Shown here one piece after another: positions 62,959-64,000 of a stretch of DNA of 64,000 nucleotides. The translations under genes were made by a program, and so were the position numbers. How positions within the stretch are numbered: the first letter of the stretch is position 1; every line of letters begins with the position of its first letter. The notes below the pieces were generated by a model, which was given only the letters and a program-made list of their open reading frames with translations, was not told the DNA's origin and ran no database searches. This stretch comes from the human T2T-CHM13v2.0 reference genome, Homo sapiens. The DNA lies in the NCBI RefSeq assembly GCF_009914755.1, contig NC_060937.1; one strand, 5' to 3'.

Positions 62959-63539
62959 TCACTCCCTGCTTGCTGAGGCTTTCGTGCCTCGGGTCCACTG
63001 GGGAGCAGGAGAAAGTGCCCAGTTCTGTCTGTAGAGAGGACGTCACTCAGGGAGAGGGGCAGGAGCTGAGGGCACGTGACTTACACCAAGGCTAAGGTGC
63101 AACGCGAAGGCCCTGACACCTGAGCCCCTGGGAGTTGAAAGGTGACAGGCTAACTTGGGGGATGAGCGGTAGAGTCCGGAGGTTCTAAATGGAGCACAAG
63201 TGGACCCTCGAGCGACCTGAGAATACAACCCAGAGGGCTCATGAACTGACATGGGAAAACAATGACATCTGTTTTCACTCACCTCTGGTTGAAACTGAGC
63301 AGTTCCTTGTATTATGAACATAGGTGGCAACCACTTAGTGTTAGCCAGCAGAAATAACGGGAAGTTTCATTCCACACTTTCGTTGTTGCCAGTATCTCAA
63401 AATGTTATTCAGGCTCATTGCTATTTCAAAATCCCATGGTCAGAGACCCATCCTCCCGGGTATCAGAAAGCATGGGAGCCCTGACCCTGACGGCCACCAG
63501 GCTGCAGGCAGAGGGGCATGGCCCACTTGGACCTGAGGG

Positions 63540-63770
63540 TGTGTCATTCAATCCAGCAAACATTCATTGAGCACATTCTCTGTGCTGGCCACCAGGTCCA
63601 AAGATGAACAAGGCCGAGACCCCGCCAGGAGGAACTCAGGGAATGCGACAGGCACAGATGAGCAAGACAATAGTGACAACGCAGCATGATTCATGCTGAG
63701 AGTGCCGGGGAGGGCGGGAGGCCAGGCAGGGTTTCTCACGGGAAGTCACATTTGAACTGGCTTTCTCACA
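63540..63770. mobile_element. L2 LINE 3' relic
   Basis: cattcaatccagcaaacattcattgagcacattctctgtgctgg...ggaagtcacatttgaactgg. Confidence 0.55.
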
Positions 63771-63985
63771 CTTGCGAAAGTGCGCCCAAGGACGGAGGAC
63801 TTTCCTGAACCAGAAAAATCCCTGCTCGCGAGTGTGCACATCTCCGCTTAGAGTGCAGAGGAGCAAACAGCAGAAACTTCCCCCGGCTGTGGAGCCGAAA
63901 CAGGAAACCACCCAGGAGCCCTGTGCAGAAGCGGCCGGGGATTCCCAGTTCCCCAGGACCCAGTGGGCGTTTTCACAGGAAGCCT
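63735..63985. promoter_or_regulatory. Candidate immune enhancer motif cluster (NF-kB, ETS, IRF-like)
   Basis: GGGGATTCCC at 63937-63946, GGACTTTCC at 63797, GAAACTTCCCC at 63873, GAAACAGGAAAC at 63897 and GGAAGT at 63741. Motif evidence only. Confidence 0.4.
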
Positions 63986-64000
63986 CTCTGGGTGAAGCCC

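Overview
Human/primate genomic DNA, not prokaryotic. The only intact protein-coding segment is the last exon of UBAC2 (+ strand, UBA-domain C-terminus, 15535-15642), followed by a ~1.1 kb 3'UTR with two AATAAA signals. This places the window at 13q32.3, and bases 1-15534 are the final UBAC2 intron. About 21 kb further on is a minus-strand class A GPCR pseudogene (38116-39383). Its protein can be reconstructed and is GPR183/EBI2-like; from memory this is the locus annotated CCR12P. It is disabled by four small frameshifts and a 49-bp minisatellite in intracellular loop 3. The rest is repeat-rich: about 17 Alus, a 3.4 kb 5'-truncated L1PA, a Tigger4/Zombi-like transposon, several solo LTRs, CR1/L2/MIR/MER5 relics, VNTRs and long low-complexity tracts. 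The most unusual signals are three local duplications: a 591-bp inverted repeat (~97%), a ~260-bp inverted repeat (~94%) and a 93-bp direct copy of 3'UTR sequence in the preceding intron. Both inverted copies carry short templated junction pieces. There are also candidate NF-kB/ETS/IRF and MEF2/TATA motif clusters. I found no convincing wholly new biological system. Repeat subfamily names are from memory of consensus sequences, and identities were counted by eye.
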